From IMG/VR virus record IMGVR_UViG_3300036833_000162, positions 1-45,081 of that record: 45,081 nucleotides of DNA, one strand, 5' to 3'. Source of the DNA: a virus (Duplodnaviria; Caudoviricetes). Below, piece by piece: positions 32,775 to 42,519 of this stretch (the stretch's first letter is position 1; every line of letters starts with the position of its first letter). The notes beneath the pieces are model-generated. The model did not search any database. It saw only the letters and a program-made list of their open reading frames with translations, and was not told the origin of the DNA. The position numbers and the translations under genes were made by a program.

Positions 32775-34256
32775 ATGATTCCGTTCAAGCAGATTCCCGC
32801 GAATATCCGCGTGCCGCTCTTTTATGCGGAGGTCGATAACTCGCAGGCCAACACCGGACAGACGACACAGCGCGCGCTCGTCATCGGACAGATGTTGCCC
32901 AGCGGGACCGCGACGCCCAATGTTGCTGCAATCAGTCAGGGAAGCAGTGATGCGACCAGCGCGTGCGGTATCGGCTCGATGCTCGCGCTGATGCTCACCG
33001 CGTACCGGAACAATGACGGCTTCGGCGAAGTATGGTATCTCCCGCTCGCGGATAATCCAGCCGCCATCGCGGCCACGGGTTCGCTCTCGATCCTGACGGC
33101 AGCGACCGCAGCCGGGACGCTCTACCTGTATATCGGCGGCGTACGGATCGCACAGCCGGTCCAGCCGACCCAGACCATCACGGATATCGCCGCCGCGCTT
33201 GACGCGACCATCGACGCGACGCCGAACCTCCCCGTGAGCGCCAGCGTCGCCGCTGGCGTCGTGACCTTTACCGCACTCAACAAGGGACCAGGCGGGAACG
33301 AGATCGACCTGCGCATGAACTACGTCGGCGTTCCAGGCGGCGAGGTCACGCCTCCGGGACTGACCTATACGTTGACCGCGATGACCGGTGGCGCAACGCC
33401 CCCGGATATGACAGCGGGCCTCGACGCGCTGGGCGACAAGTCGTTTGACTTTGTTGTCTGTCCGTATACCGATCCGACCTCGCTCGACGCCATGAAGACG
33501 TTTCTGGACGACATTAACGGGCGCTGGAGCTGGCAGCAGATGCTGTACGGCGGGTTCTTCGCTGCGGCGCGCGGAACGCTCGGTACGCTGGTCTCGCTGG
33601 GCACCGCGCGTAATGACCAGCACGGCTCTGTGATGGGCTTTAACGACAGTCCGACGCCCGCCTGGCTGTGGGCTGCGTCGATTGCGGGCGCATCCGCTGT
33701 CAGTCTGCGCGCGGACCCGGCGACGCCGCTGCAGACGGTGCCGCTGATTGGCGTACTCGCGCCTCCGGTGCATTCACGCTTCGCGCTGGGCGACCGCAAC
33801 TCGCTCCTCTATGACGGCATCTCGACCTTTACGGTGGCGGATGACGGGACCGTCGCGATTGAAAACCTGATTACGACCTACCAGAAAAACGCCTACGGCC
33901 AGGCCGACGACAGCTATCTCGAAGTCGAGACGCTCTATACGCTCGCCACGGTACTCCGTCACCTCCAGATTGTCGTGACGAGCAAGTACGGGCGCGTCAA
34001 GCTCGCGGACGACGGCACCCATTTTGCGCAGGGTTCGAATGTGGTCACGCCGAACATCATCCGGGGCGATCTCATCGCGACCTATCAGCAGGACGAGGCA
34101 AACGGACTGGTGCAGGACAGTACCGTCTTTGCCAAGGCGCTGATCGTCGAGCGCAACGCCACCAATCCGAACCGTATCGACGTACTGTGGCCTGGCATCC
34201 TGATCGACCAGCTGCGCATCTTCGCGCTGCTCGCGCAGTTCAGGCTAACGGCGTAG
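32775..34256 (+). CDS. Tail sheath protein (Mu gpL-like)
   Basis: F.QIP.N.RVPLFYAE.DNS.AN; DP..PLQT; ITTYQKN.YG..D.SYL. Confidence 0.92.
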   Translation: MIPFKQIPANIRVPLFYAEVDNSQANTGQTTQRALVIGQMLPSGTATPNVAAISQGSSDATSACGIGSMLALMLTAYRNNDGFGEVWYLPLADNPAAIAATGSLSILTAATAAGTLYLYIGGVRIAQPVQPTQTITDIAAALDATIDATPNLPVSASVAAGVVTFTALNKGPGGNEIDLRMNYVGVPGGEVTPPGLTYTLTAMTGGATPPDMTAGLDALGDKSFDFVVCPYTDPTSLDAMKTFLDDINGRWSWQQMLYGGFFAAARGTLGTLVSLGTARNDQHGSVMGFNDSPTPAWLWAASIAGASAVSLRADPATPLQTVPLIGVLAPPVHSRFALGDRNSLLYDGISTFTVADDGTVAIENLITTYQKNAYGQADDSYLEVETLYTLATVLRHLQIVVTSKYGRVKLADDGTHFAQGSNVVTPNIIRGDLIATYQQDEANGLVQDSTVFAKALIVERNATNPNRIDVLWPGILIDQLRIFALLAQFRLTA

Positions 34257-34283
34257 TGATGCTCGTTTCAAGTCGAATCATGC

Positions 34284-34313
34284 AAGCCGCCTCCGGGCGG
34301 CTTTGTTCGTTTT
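34284..34313 (+). terminator. Hairpin between sheath and tube genes
   Basis: aagccgcc-tccg-ggcggctt followed by a T-rich tract. Confidence 0.55.
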
Positions 34314-34324
34314 AGGAGACCGAT

Positions 34325-34699
34325 ATGGCCGATAACGTTAACCGTCTTGCCGGGATTGCCTATATCTCCGTCGACGGACAGAGTTACATGCTTTCTGGCG
34401 AGCTGACGTACTCACCGGGCACGGTCGAGCGTGAATCCCTGATCGGCCAGGACCGCATACACGGCTATAGCGAAAAGCCCCGCGCGCCGTTTATCTCGGG
34501 CAGTTTCCGCGACGCGGGCACGCTGACTGTCGCTGACTTCAATGCGATGACCGACGTCACGGTCACCTGTGAGCTGGCCAATTCCAAGACGGTCGTAGGA
34601 CGGAACATGTGGACGACGGCGGCGCAGGAGGTCAAAACGCCGGACGCCACCTTCGAGGTCCGCTTCGAAGGCTTTAGCGGCTCCGTGACCGAAAACTAG
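34325..34699 (+). CDS. Tail tube protein (Mu gpM-like)
   Basis: RLAG.AY..VDG, G.D..HGYSE.P..P.I and ELAN.K motifs. Confidence 0.88.
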   Translation: MADNVNRLAGIAYISVDGQSYMLSGELTYSPGTVERESLIGQDRIHGYSEKPRAPFISGSFRDAGTLTVADFNAMTDVTVTCELANSKTVVGRNMWTTAAQEVKTPDATFEVRFEGFSGSVTEN

Positions 34700-34718
34700 A
34701 CGTAGCGCAGGACAAACC

Positions 34719-34973
34719 ATGCACACTGAAACAGTCCAGCTGCAAGACCCGATCGATGGCGTTACGGAGCTGTCGCTCCGTGAAATGCACTTCGATGAAA
34801 TCATCAAGATGAACGACGACGAAAAGCGCTTTGGTCAATTGCGCGCGTTCAAGAACATGCTGGCCGGCATGACGCATGTCGAGGTCGCGACGCTGGGCAA
34901 ACTCAGTCAGAGCGACCTCGATGCGGTCAATGATTTTTTCGAGAATATTCCGAAACGATCCCCCCGAATATGA
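34719..34973 (+). CDS. Tail assembly chaperone (Mu gp41-like)
   Basis: L..PI....EL.LRE and L...D....DFF motifs; slippery TTTTTTC near the 3' end. Confidence 0.8.
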   Translation: MHTETVQLQDPIDGVTELSLREMHFDEIIKMNDDEKRFGQLRAFKNMLAGMTHVEVATLGKLSQSDLDAVNDFFENIPKRSPRI

Positions 34974-35119
34974 TGGACGTGCTGGCAGAAGTGACGTGGT
35001 TCTATCACTGGGGGCCGCGCGAGGCGGGCGCGCTGACGTGGACCGAGCTGATGTGGTGGCACGCGCAGGCGCAGCGTATCGTCCAGCTCCAGCAGCTCCA
35101 GTCATCCGGCGAGGGCTAG
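34970..35119 (+). CDS. Tail chaperone -1 frameshift extension (P2 E'/lambda T-like)
   Basis: MMDVLAEVTWFYHWGP.EA..LTWTEL.WW..QA.RI; this frame is open back to the slippery site at 34934. Confidence 0.75.
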   Translation: MMDVLAEVTWFYHWGPREAGALTWTELMWWHAQAQRIVQLQQLQSSGEG

Positions 35120-35122
35120 ATC

Positions 35123-37222
35123 ATGGCTGACAAAAAAATCGAGTTCACGATCTCGGCGGTCGACAAGGCGACGGCGGTCATCAACCGGATCAATGGCAAC
35201 GTCGAAAAGATGACGCGCCCCTACGCCAACCTCGCGAAAAGCGCCAAAGCCTTTTCGGACAATACGGGGCTGACCAAGGTCGCAAAAAACCTGGGGAACG
35301 TCGCCAGTGAGGCGGGCAAGGCTGCGGGTGCCATTACGAAAATGGCGGCACCGCTTCTCGCGATAGTCGGCGGCGGGACCCTCGCCGGTCTGTCGGAGAT
35401 GGTCACGCACTGGGAGCGGATCGGCATGGAGACGGAGCGGACCTCGCGCCTCCTCGGTATCACCGCCGGCCAGCTCACGCAGATGCGCGGCGCGGCGCAG
35501 CTGATGGGCGTGTCGACCGATGCGATGACGAGCGGATTCCAGTCATTCCAGGACACCTTGCAGGACGCGCGCTGGGGCCGTAACCAGGCCGCATTCGCGA
35601 CCCTGGTGTCCCTCGGGATCACGCTGCACAAGACGAAAACCGGCGCGATTGATACCAAGGCTGCGATGTATGACCTCGCGGACCGCATCCAGCGCATCCA
35701 GAAACGTGACCCGGCTGCGGCGCGTAATCTCGCGCGCTCGCTCGGCGTCGAGCAGCTCCTCCCTATGCTGATTCTGGGCCGCAAGGGGATGCAGGCTTAC
35801 GAGGCACAGGCGCGCCGGCTACGCGGTGAGTTCACGCCCGACATGGCCGCGCGCGCGACGCAGTTCACGCAGTCGGTCACAGGGATGGGACTGGCAATCG
35901 AGGGTCTCAAGGTCTCGATTTCGGACAAGCTCGCGCCGGTACTCGGTCCGATGATCGACAAGTTCTCAAACTGGATTGCCAGGAATCGCGAATTCATCTC
36001 GTCGCGCATCGCAGAAGTGATTGAACGGATCGCCAAGGCATTTGAGAAGCTGTTCGAAGGCATCAACTGGGATACCTTTTTCGATAACCTCGACAAGGCA
36101 GTCGACTCGATCAGCAAGTTCGTCGCGTGTCTTTTGAATTGGATCGACGAGATCGGCGGCTTCAAGACAGTGGCAGAGGGTCTGGCGATCTATCTGGCGG
36201 CTGGCTTTATCTCGTCGATAGCGGGCGCGGTCGGCAGTATCGCAGGACTCGTCATCCGCCTTGGCGGACTAGCCACATCACTCGTTGGTATCGGCACGGA
36301 AGCGGCGGGCGCTGCCACCGCGATTGAAGGAGCGGGAGCCGCCGCCGCGACCGCTGCGGGGGCGGGCGGTGCGGCCGCAGCGGGAGGCGCAGTCGCAGCG
36401 GGCGGAGGCGCAGCCGCAGCGGGAGGTGGTCTTTTTGCGCGGATGGCGGCAGGCGCGCTGGGTCTCATCAATCCGCTCACGGTCGGCGCGGCGCTGCTGT
36501 TTCACAGTGAAGGGCTGAACAAGGGCGAGGATGAGCAGATGAGGCGCATCCGCGCAGCCCAGGCAGCGGCGGGCGGAAAGTGGCCAGGGTCGGCGAATTT
36601 CCAGCCGACCGATGCGATGAAAAACGCGACCGTGAGCGGCTGGGCTGAGCGGCTCGGCTATGCGGGTCTCGAAAAGCAGTACGGATTGCCTCCCGGACTG
36701 CTGTCGGCGGTCACCCAGGTCGAGTCGGGCGGGAACGCGGGCGCGATGAGTAAAGCGGGCGCGGCGGGTCTGTTCCAGTTCATGCCCGCGACCGCGCGCG
36801 AGTACGGCATCAATCCGCTTGATCCAGCGCAGGCAGCGGGCGCAGCCGCGAAAAAGCTCGGCGGTCTGGTGAAGCGCTATCACGGCAATATCGGGCTGGC
36901 GCTCGCCGCCTATAACTGGGGCGAAGGGAACCTTGAACGCAAGGGCCTCGCCAATGCTCCGCCTGAAACGCAGAACTACGCGCCGAAGGTCATGGCCGCG
37001 CTGGGCGTTTATGGTGGAGCGGGAGCAGGTACGGGTACGGGCGACGGCGCGCCTGCGGTCCCGCCGCTGCTGAATGCACCTCCACCCGCGATGGCGCAGG
37101 CCGCAGCTCCGGTCGTCAACGTGAATACGCGCGTGCACGTTGAGCGCGACGGACGGACCAGCGTACGGACCGAGACGCCTGGCGGACTTCACGTCGCCTA
37201 TCCGATGGCCGCGACAGCTTAA
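35123..37222 (+). CDS. Tape measure protein with a C-terminal lytic transglycosylase (SLT) domain
   Basis: ISAVDKAT N-terminus, helical Ala-rich body; VESGG, GA.GLFQFMP.TA, ALAAYNWGEG and ETQNY motifs. Confidence 0.9.
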   Translation: MADKKIEFTISAVDKATAVINRINGNVEKMTRPYANLAKSAKAFSDNTGLTKVAKNLGNVASEAGKAAGAITKMAAPLLAIVGGGTLAGLSEMVTHWERIGMETERTSRLLGITAGQLTQMRGAAQLMGVSTDAMTSGFQSFQDTLQDARWGRNQAAFATLVSLGITLHKTKTGAIDTKAAMYDLADRIQRIQKRDPAAARNLARSLGVEQLLPMLILGRKGMQAYEAQARRLRGEFTPDMAARATQFTQSVTGMGLAIEGLKVSISDKLAPVLGPMIDKFSNWIARNREFISSRIAEVIERIAKAFEKLFEGINWDTFFDNLDKAVDSISKFVACLLNWIDEIGGFKTVAEGLAIYLAAGFISSIAGAVGSIAGLVIRLGGLATSLVGIGTEAAGAATAIEGAGAAAATAAGAGGAAAAGGAVAAGGGAAAAGGGLFARMAAGALGLINPLTVGAALLFHSEGLNKGEDEQMRRIRAAQAAAGGKWPGSANFQPTDAMKNATVSGWAERLGYAGLEKQYGLPPGLLSAVTQVESGGNAGAMSKAGAAGLFQFMPATAREYGINPLDPAQAAGAAAKKLGGLVKRYHGNIGLALAAYNWGEGNLERKGLANAPPETQNYAPKVMAALGVYGGAGAGTGTGDGAPAVPPLLNAPPPAMAQAAAPVVNVNTRVHVERDGRTSVRTETPGGLHVAYPMAATA

Positions 37223-37229
37223 AACACAC

Positions 37230-38549
37230 ATGGCCGCAATCAACCGCCCTTACTTCCAGGCGCTCCAGACCGCGAGCTGGCGCGGCATACCCTTCGGGAC
37301 GACGGGCGGGTCGCTCCGCGCGGGCCGGCGCGTCGCGATGCACGAATACCCGTACCGCGACCAGGTATGGGTCGAGGACCTCGGGCGCGCGGGCCGGCGT
37401 ATCTCGCTGACCGGCTTTCTGCTCCAGGACGCCGCCTATGGGGGTGGCGATGTGCTCGCGCAGCGCGCGGCGATGATCGCAGCGTGTGAGACGCCGGACC
37501 AGGGGGACGGTGAGCTGGTCCATCCGTCGCTGGGGCATCTGACGGTCTCGCTGCTGGAGTTCGAATGCGAGGAGCGCACCGAACGCGGCCGCAGCTTCGA
37601 AATCCGCTTCACCTTCATCGAGGCGGGCGCGGAGACGTTCCCGACACTCGCGATTGCCACCCAGGCGCAGACCGCGCTCTCCGTCGTCGCCGCTTTTGCC
37701 GCCGTCGCGCAGGACTTCACCAGCCAGGTCACGGCGCTCCTGCAGACGCCCGCGCTGGTGGGCGAGATCGAGCGGACCGCGCAAGCTTTCGTGAATGACG
37801 TCACGACGATCACGGCGCGCGCGACCTCGCTGGTGGCGATGGTCGCGACACTGCCGGGACAGCTCGGGCGCTACGTGGGCGAGTTCACCGCAGCGATCAA
37901 GGACCCGTTGACGACCATCCAGCAGCTGACCGGCGCTGGCGCGAAGGCGCGTGAAGCGGTCACGACAGGCGGCAACGCGCTGCTGACGGCGGCTTCAGGG
38001 GCGGACTATGCCGCCATGTCGAGCGCCGCGCAGTCCCTCGTGAAGGCTGTACAGAGCGCGAACCCGGACCCGCACGAGGCGGTCCAGTCGCTCGTCGTGC
38101 TCCAGCAGACGACGACGCCCCAGGCGGCTGCGACGGCAACCCTGACCGCCGGCAATGCCGCCGTGACATCGATGCTGCGCCGTTCGACAGTGATCGCGCT
38201 GGCGGACACGACCGCGACTTACGCGCTCGTCTCGTATGAGGACGCGCAGAGCCTGCGGCAGACGGTCAGCGGCGCGCTCGATACGGAGATCGTGGCCGCA
38301 GCCGATGCTGGGGACGATGCGACCTATGAGGCGCTCGCGGTCCTTCAGACCGCTGTCGTCCAGGACCTCGTGACGCGCGGTAACCCGCTCGCGACCATGC
38401 AGACGGTCACGCTCGGCGCGTCGATGCCGGTCATCGTACTGGCGCAGCGCTACTATCAGGACGTCGCGCGGTATGACGGGCTGGTGCAGGAGATCAATCC
38501 CGTCAATCCCGCGTTTGCGCCGGCTTCATTCACCATCCCCGTGAGCTGA
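37230..38549 (+). CDS. DNA circularisation/tail protein (Mu gpN-like)
   Basis: ASWRGIPF, GRR...HEYPYRD...VEDLGR and G.LVHP.LG motifs. Confidence 0.88.
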   Translation: MAAINRPYFQALQTASWRGIPFGTTGGSLRAGRRVAMHEYPYRDQVWVEDLGRAGRRISLTGFLLQDAAYGGGDVLAQRAAMIAACETPDQGDGELVHPSLGHLTVSLLEFECEERTERGRSFEIRFTFIEAGAETFPTLAIATQAQTALSVVAAFAAVAQDFTSQVTALLQTPALVGEIERTAQAFVNDVTTITARATSLVAMVATLPGQLGRYVGEFTAAIKDPLTTIQQLTGAGAKAREAVTTGGNALLTAASGADYAAMSSAAQSLVKAVQSANPDPHEAVQSLVVLQQTTTPQAAATATLTAGNAAVTSMLRRSTVIALADTTATYALVSYEDAQSLRQTVSGALDTEIVAAADAGDDATYEALAVLQTAVVQDLVTRGNPLATMQTVTLGASMPVIVLAQRYYQDVARYDGLVQEINPVNPAFAPASFTIPVS

Positions 38550-38557
38550 ACAGCGCA

Positions 38558-39622
38558 ATGGCTGATGATCTGACGCTCACGGTCGGCGGACAGAGCATCG
38601 CGGGCTGGACCTCGATCCGCGTGACGCGCGGGATGGAGCGTATCCCGGCCGACTTCAGCATCAGCATGACGGAGCGTTATCCGAACGTGGCGGACGTCAC
38701 GGTCATGGAGGGCGACCCGTGCACCGTGACCATCGGCGGTGATACGGTCATTACCGGCTACGTCGACCGCGTGAGCGAACAGCTCGACGCGCATAACCAC
38801 GTGCTCTCCGTCGCCGGTCGGGGCAAGTGTGAGGACATCGTTGACTGCTCCGCAGAATTCAGTTCATTCCAGTTCATGAACATCATGACCGCCGACATTG
38901 CGGCGCAGCTCTGTCAGCCGTTCGGGATCACGGTCAAGGCGGTCTCGCAGGGGATGATGCACCCGCAGGTATGCATGAACGTGGGCGAGTCACCCTATGC
39001 GCTGATTGACCGGCTCTGCAAGGTCGCGCAGATACTCTGCTATGAGGACGCCGATGGCGCGCTGGTGCTGGCTCCCATATCGGACAGTGAAGTAGCGGGC
39101 GGCTTCGCGATGGGCGTGAATGTCGAGCGCGCTTCCTATACGCGCGATATCTCGCAGCGCTTCAGCAGTTACCGCGTGTACCTGGTCGGCACCGCGCTAT
39201 TCAGCGACGCGGGCCAGCAGTCGCTCGCAGAGTACACGGTGAACGATACGACCATGCCGCGTCACCGTCTCAAGGCCTTTATTGCGGAAACAGGCGACGC
39301 GGGCGAGACGGTCTCGAATGGTCACGCGCTATGGGAATGCAACCGCCGTATCGGGCGCGGTAACGTCGTGACGGTCACCGCCTCGAGCTGGAGGGACAGC
39401 GCGGGCGTGCTGTATGCGCCGAACACGCTCGCCGCGCTGTCGCTCCCGCAACTGAAGCTGATCGACGGGCAGAAGTTCACCATAGGCGAGGTCACCTATC
39501 AGCGCGACATGAACGGCTCGCATTGCGAGCTGATCCTGATGCTGCCGCAGGCTTTCCAGCCGGAACCGATCCTTTACATCCCGCTCCCGCAGGACGTACT
39601 GGCAGCGCTCGGTCAGTATTAA
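38558..39622 (+). CDS. Baseplate hub protein (Mu gpP/gp44-like)
   Basis: GWTSIRVTRG.E, V.TGYVD, GR.K..D.VDCS and WRDS.G.L..PN motifs. Confidence 0.88.
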   Translation: MADDLTLTVGGQSIAGWTSIRVTRGMERIPADFSISMTERYPNVADVTVMEGDPCTVTIGGDTVITGYVDRVSEQLDAHNHVLSVAGRGKCEDIVDCSAEFSSFQFMNIMTADIAAQLCQPFGITVKAVSQGMMHPQVCMNVGESPYALIDRLCKVAQILCYEDADGALVLAPISDSEVAGGFAMGVNVERASYTRDISQRFSSYRVYLVGTALFSDAGQQSLAEYTVNDTTMPRHRLKAFIAETGDAGETVSNGHALWECNRRIGRGNVVTVTASSWRDSAGVLYAPNTLAALSLPQLKLIDGQKFTIGEVTYQRDMNGSHCELILMLPQAFQPEPILYIPLPQDVLAALGQY

Positions 39623-40194
39623 TGTCCTCGTTCTGGAGCCTCGTCCGCTCGCTCGGGCGCGGACGGCTCACGCGCGTCGACGATAGCGGTCCGGCCCAGC
39701 TCGTGCAGATGCAGCTCTCGCAGAACGAAACGCGCGATACGACGCCACGTCTGGCTGAGTATGGTTTCCAGTCCAGTCCGCCAGCGGGTAGCGATGCGGT
39801 GGCGGTGTTTCTCGCGGGCAACCGGACCAATGGTGTGGTGATCGCGTGCGGCAACCAGCAGTATCGGATGCGTAACCTTGCGTCGGGCGAGGTCGCGATC
39901 AGCGACAACCGGGGGCAGTCCGTCTATCTGACCGCCTCAGGCATCGTCATCAACGGCGGAGGTCTGCCGATGAAACTGACCAACACGCCTCAGGTGACGG
40001 TCGACACGCCGCTGATGCACTGTACTGGCAACGTGACAGCGGACGGCGATATCACGGATAACGTCAAGACCCAGTCGCACAGCATGGCTAACGGTCGCCA
40101 GATTTATAACAGTCACACGCACCCGGTTACCCAGGTCCAGGGCGGCGGCAGCACGGTAACGAGTAACCCGCCAAACCAGCCACAAAAAGCGTAA
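39622..40194 (+). CDS. Baseplate spike protein (Mu gp45-like)
   Basis: EYGF.S.PP.G.D, L..GEVA..D..GQ, C-terminal YNSHTH. Confidence 0.88.
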   Translation: MSSFWSLVRSLGRGRLTRVDDSGPAQLVQMQLSQNETRDTTPRLAEYGFQSSPPAGSDAVAVFLAGNRTNGVVIACGNQQYRMRNLASGEVAISDNRGQSVYLTASGIVINGGGLPMKLTNTPQVTVDTPLMHCTGNVTADGDITDNVKTQSHSMANGRQIYNSHTHPVTQVQGGGSTVTSNPPNQPQKA

Positions 40195-40304
40195 GCCAGT
40201 ACGCGTGAAGCCGTTCCAGGTCGACTGTGGACGCAGTCTGACGATCCGAAACTGGCGAGCTGGCAGAAGTGGTTTAACCCGTAACGATTAAAGGAGCATG
40301 ACAA

Positions 40305-40844
40305 ATGGCAACGCGTTATCTCGCAGTCGTCACACTGCTGCGCGAGCTGGGAACGGGAGAGCATCCCGATCACAGCTTGCCAGTACCGCCTGAAATCTGG
40401 CCCGGTCCGGGCATACCGACGCCACCGATCTACTATCCGCCGCCACCGGTCAGTATCTGGCCTGGTCCCGGCTATCCGGCGCATCCGATTGCACCTGGTG
40501 GTCCGCCTCCGGGAGTGTGGCCCGGTCCGGGCGTACCGACACCGCCGATCTTCTATCCGCCGACGGTCTGGCCGCCGCAACCGGGACAACCGCCTGTCGG
40601 CATCTGGCCGCCGGATGTCGGCATCTGGCCGGGACCTGGACCGCTGCCCCCCGGTTCTCCAGAACATCCGATCGCGCCAGGTGGCGGCAGTATGTACATC
40701 CTCGTCTATGTTCCCGGCGTCGGCTGGAAATACATCAAGGTTGAGCGCGGCCTGACTCCCGATAACACGCTTCCGGGCGATCAGCCGCATCCTGATCAGG
40801 GCCTCCCTGATGACCAGCCGGAAGTGAACCCGCTCAAACGATAA
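40305..40844 (+). CDS. Proline/tryptophan-rich repeat protein of unknown function
   Basis: Repeated (I/V)WPGPG, PTPPI(Y/F)YPP, HPIAPGG and PDxxLP units; AAAGGAG RBS. Confidence 0.8.
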   Translation: MATRYLAVVTLLRELGTGEHPDHSLPVPPEIWPGPGIPTPPIYYPPPPVSIWPGPGYPAHPIAPGGPPPGVWPGPGVPTPPIFYPPTVWPPQPGQPPVGIWPPDVGIWPGPGPLPPGSPEHPIAPGGGSMYILVYVPGVGWKYIKVERGLTPDNTLPGDQPHPDQGLPDDQPEVNPLKR

Positions 40845-40859
40845 GACGCGGGCTGAACG

Positions 40860-40889
40860 GGGCTGCGCAGACTTGCGCGCGGCCCTTTT
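40860..40889 (+). terminator. Terminator-like hairpin after the Pro-rich gene
   Basis: gggctgcgc-N8-gcgcggccc-tttt. Confidence 0.45.
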
Positions 40890-40916
40890 GCGCTATCCAT
40901 TGCGGAGAAAAACCTC

Positions 40917-41348
40917 ATGCCTGACGTGACGACAGTCTGGTCGATCCCGAACCTGCGGGGAGACTGGCAGCAGGACGGGCCGTCTCTGCTCGCGGGCGAC
41001 GATCTCCAGACAGCGGTGTTGATCAGCCTTTTCACGGATCGTCTCGCGCTCCCGTCCGACGTCACGCCGGACGGCGACCGGCGCGGCTGGTGGGGCGACG
41101 ATCCGCGCTATCCGATCGGCTCGCGCCTGTGGCTCCTCGGCCGCGTCAAGGGTCCGCTTGACGTACCGCATCGCGCGCAGAACTACGCGGCTGAAGCGCT
41201 GCAATGGATGGTCGACGACGGCATCGTCGCGACTTTCGACATTACCGCCGAGTGGATCAATCCGAACCGGCTCGACCTCACGGTGATTGCGAACCGGCGC
41301 GACGGCTCGCGTGTCGCCATGCAGTTCCCGCAGGTCTGGACCAGCTGA
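40917..41348 (+). CDS. Baseplate protein (Mu gp46-like)
   Basis: L.TAV.ISLFTDR, RGWWGD, GSRLWLL.R and A..YA.EAL.W motifs. Confidence 0.9.
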   Translation: MPDVTTVWSIPNLRGDWQQDGPSLLAGDDLQTAVLISLFTDRLALPSDVTPDGDRRGWWGDDPRYPIGSRLWLLGRVKGPLDVPHRAQNYAAEALQWMVDDGIVATFDITAEWINPNRLDLTVIANRRDGSRVAMQFPQVWTS

Positions 41349-41397
41349 CCGACGTCTCTCCTCTCATCCGCGCGCCTCCCCGGCGCGTTACGCTCCC

Positions 41398-42510
41398 ATG
41401 CCATTCACCCGACCGACGCTGACCCAGCTGCGCAATGCGAGCGCGCAGCAGCTCAATGCCGAGCTTCCCGGCGCGGATGCGCTGCTGCGCTTCTCAAACC
41501 TGGGCGTGATCGCGGATATCGACGCCGCGCTCGCGTGCATGCTGTACGGCTATCTGGACTGGATCGCGCTCCAGTGCACGCCTTTTACCGCGACCGATGA
41601 GTACCTCGAAGGCTGGGGCGCGCTCAAGGGCGTGACCCGCAAGCCGTGCGCGCAGGCTTCCGGTTCGCTCACCTTCACGGGGACCAGTAACATCGTCATC
41701 GCGAGCGGTGCGGGCGTCAATCGCGGCGATGGTCTCGCGTACGTGACGACCAGCGCGGGCGAGGTCGCGGGTGGCACCGTAACGGTCACGGCGTCAGCCG
41801 TACCGGACCCGCAGGGTCTCACGGGAGCGAATGGTAACTGTGCCACCGGAACGCAGTTCACGCTCGCCAACGCAATAGCCGGGATCGATTCGACCGGGAC
41901 CGCCGCGACTGCCTTCACGGGGGGCGCAGACATCGAGACAGACGACGACTATCGCGACCGCGTGATCTATGTCTACCAGAATCCGCCTCAGGGGGGCGAC
42001 GCCAGCGATTACGTGGAGTGGGCGCTCGCGGTCCCTGGCGTGACGCGCGCCTGGTGTACGCCGAACGGCATGGGCACCGGTACGGTCGTCGTCTACGTGA
42101 TGCTCGACGTCGCCAATGCTACACACGGCGGCTTTCCGCAGGGGACCAATGGTTGCGCGACCCAGGAGACACGCGGTACGGTAGCGACCGGCGACCAGCT
42201 CACGGTCGCCAACGCCATCTATCCGCAGCAGCCGGTGACCGCGCTGGTCTATGCGGTCTCGCCTACCTCGCAGGCTATCGCGATGACCATCAAGGGGATC
42301 GCGGTCGGCTTTCAGGAGGATGTGACGGATGCACTCGAGGCGCAGCTGGCGATGGACGGCGTACCGGGCGGGACCGTGATCCTTGCGCATCTGTGGAGCG
42401 CGGTCTCATCGGTGGCGGGCGTGAATGACTTCCTGATCGTCTCGCCAGTGGCGGATATCGTCCTGCCGACCGGGGCGCTTCCGGTGCTGGGCACGATCAC
42501 CTGGCAGTAA
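41398..42510 (+). CDS. Baseplate J-like wedge protein (Mu gp47)
   Basis: MPF.RPTL, GGAD.E.D and PPQGG...DY..WAL.VPGVTRAW motifs. Confidence 0.9.
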   Translation: MPFTRPTLTQLRNASAQQLNAELPGADALLRFSNLGVIADIDAALACMLYGYLDWIALQCTPFTATDEYLEGWGALKGVTRKPCAQASGSLTFTGTSNIVIASGAGVNRGDGLAYVTTSAGEVAGGTVTVTASAVPDPQGLTGANGNCATGTQFTLANAIAGIDSTGTAATAFTGGADIETDDDYRDRVIYVYQNPPQGGDASDYVEWALAVPGVTRAWCTPNGMGTGTVVVYVMLDVANATHGGFPQGTNGCATQETRGTVATGDQLTVANAIYPQQPVTALVYAVSPTSQAIAMTIKGIAVGFQEDVTDALEAQLAMDGVPGGTVILAHLWSAVSSVAGVNDFLIVSPVADIVLPTGALPVLGTITWQ

Positions 42511-42519
42511 GCGGCGGAC

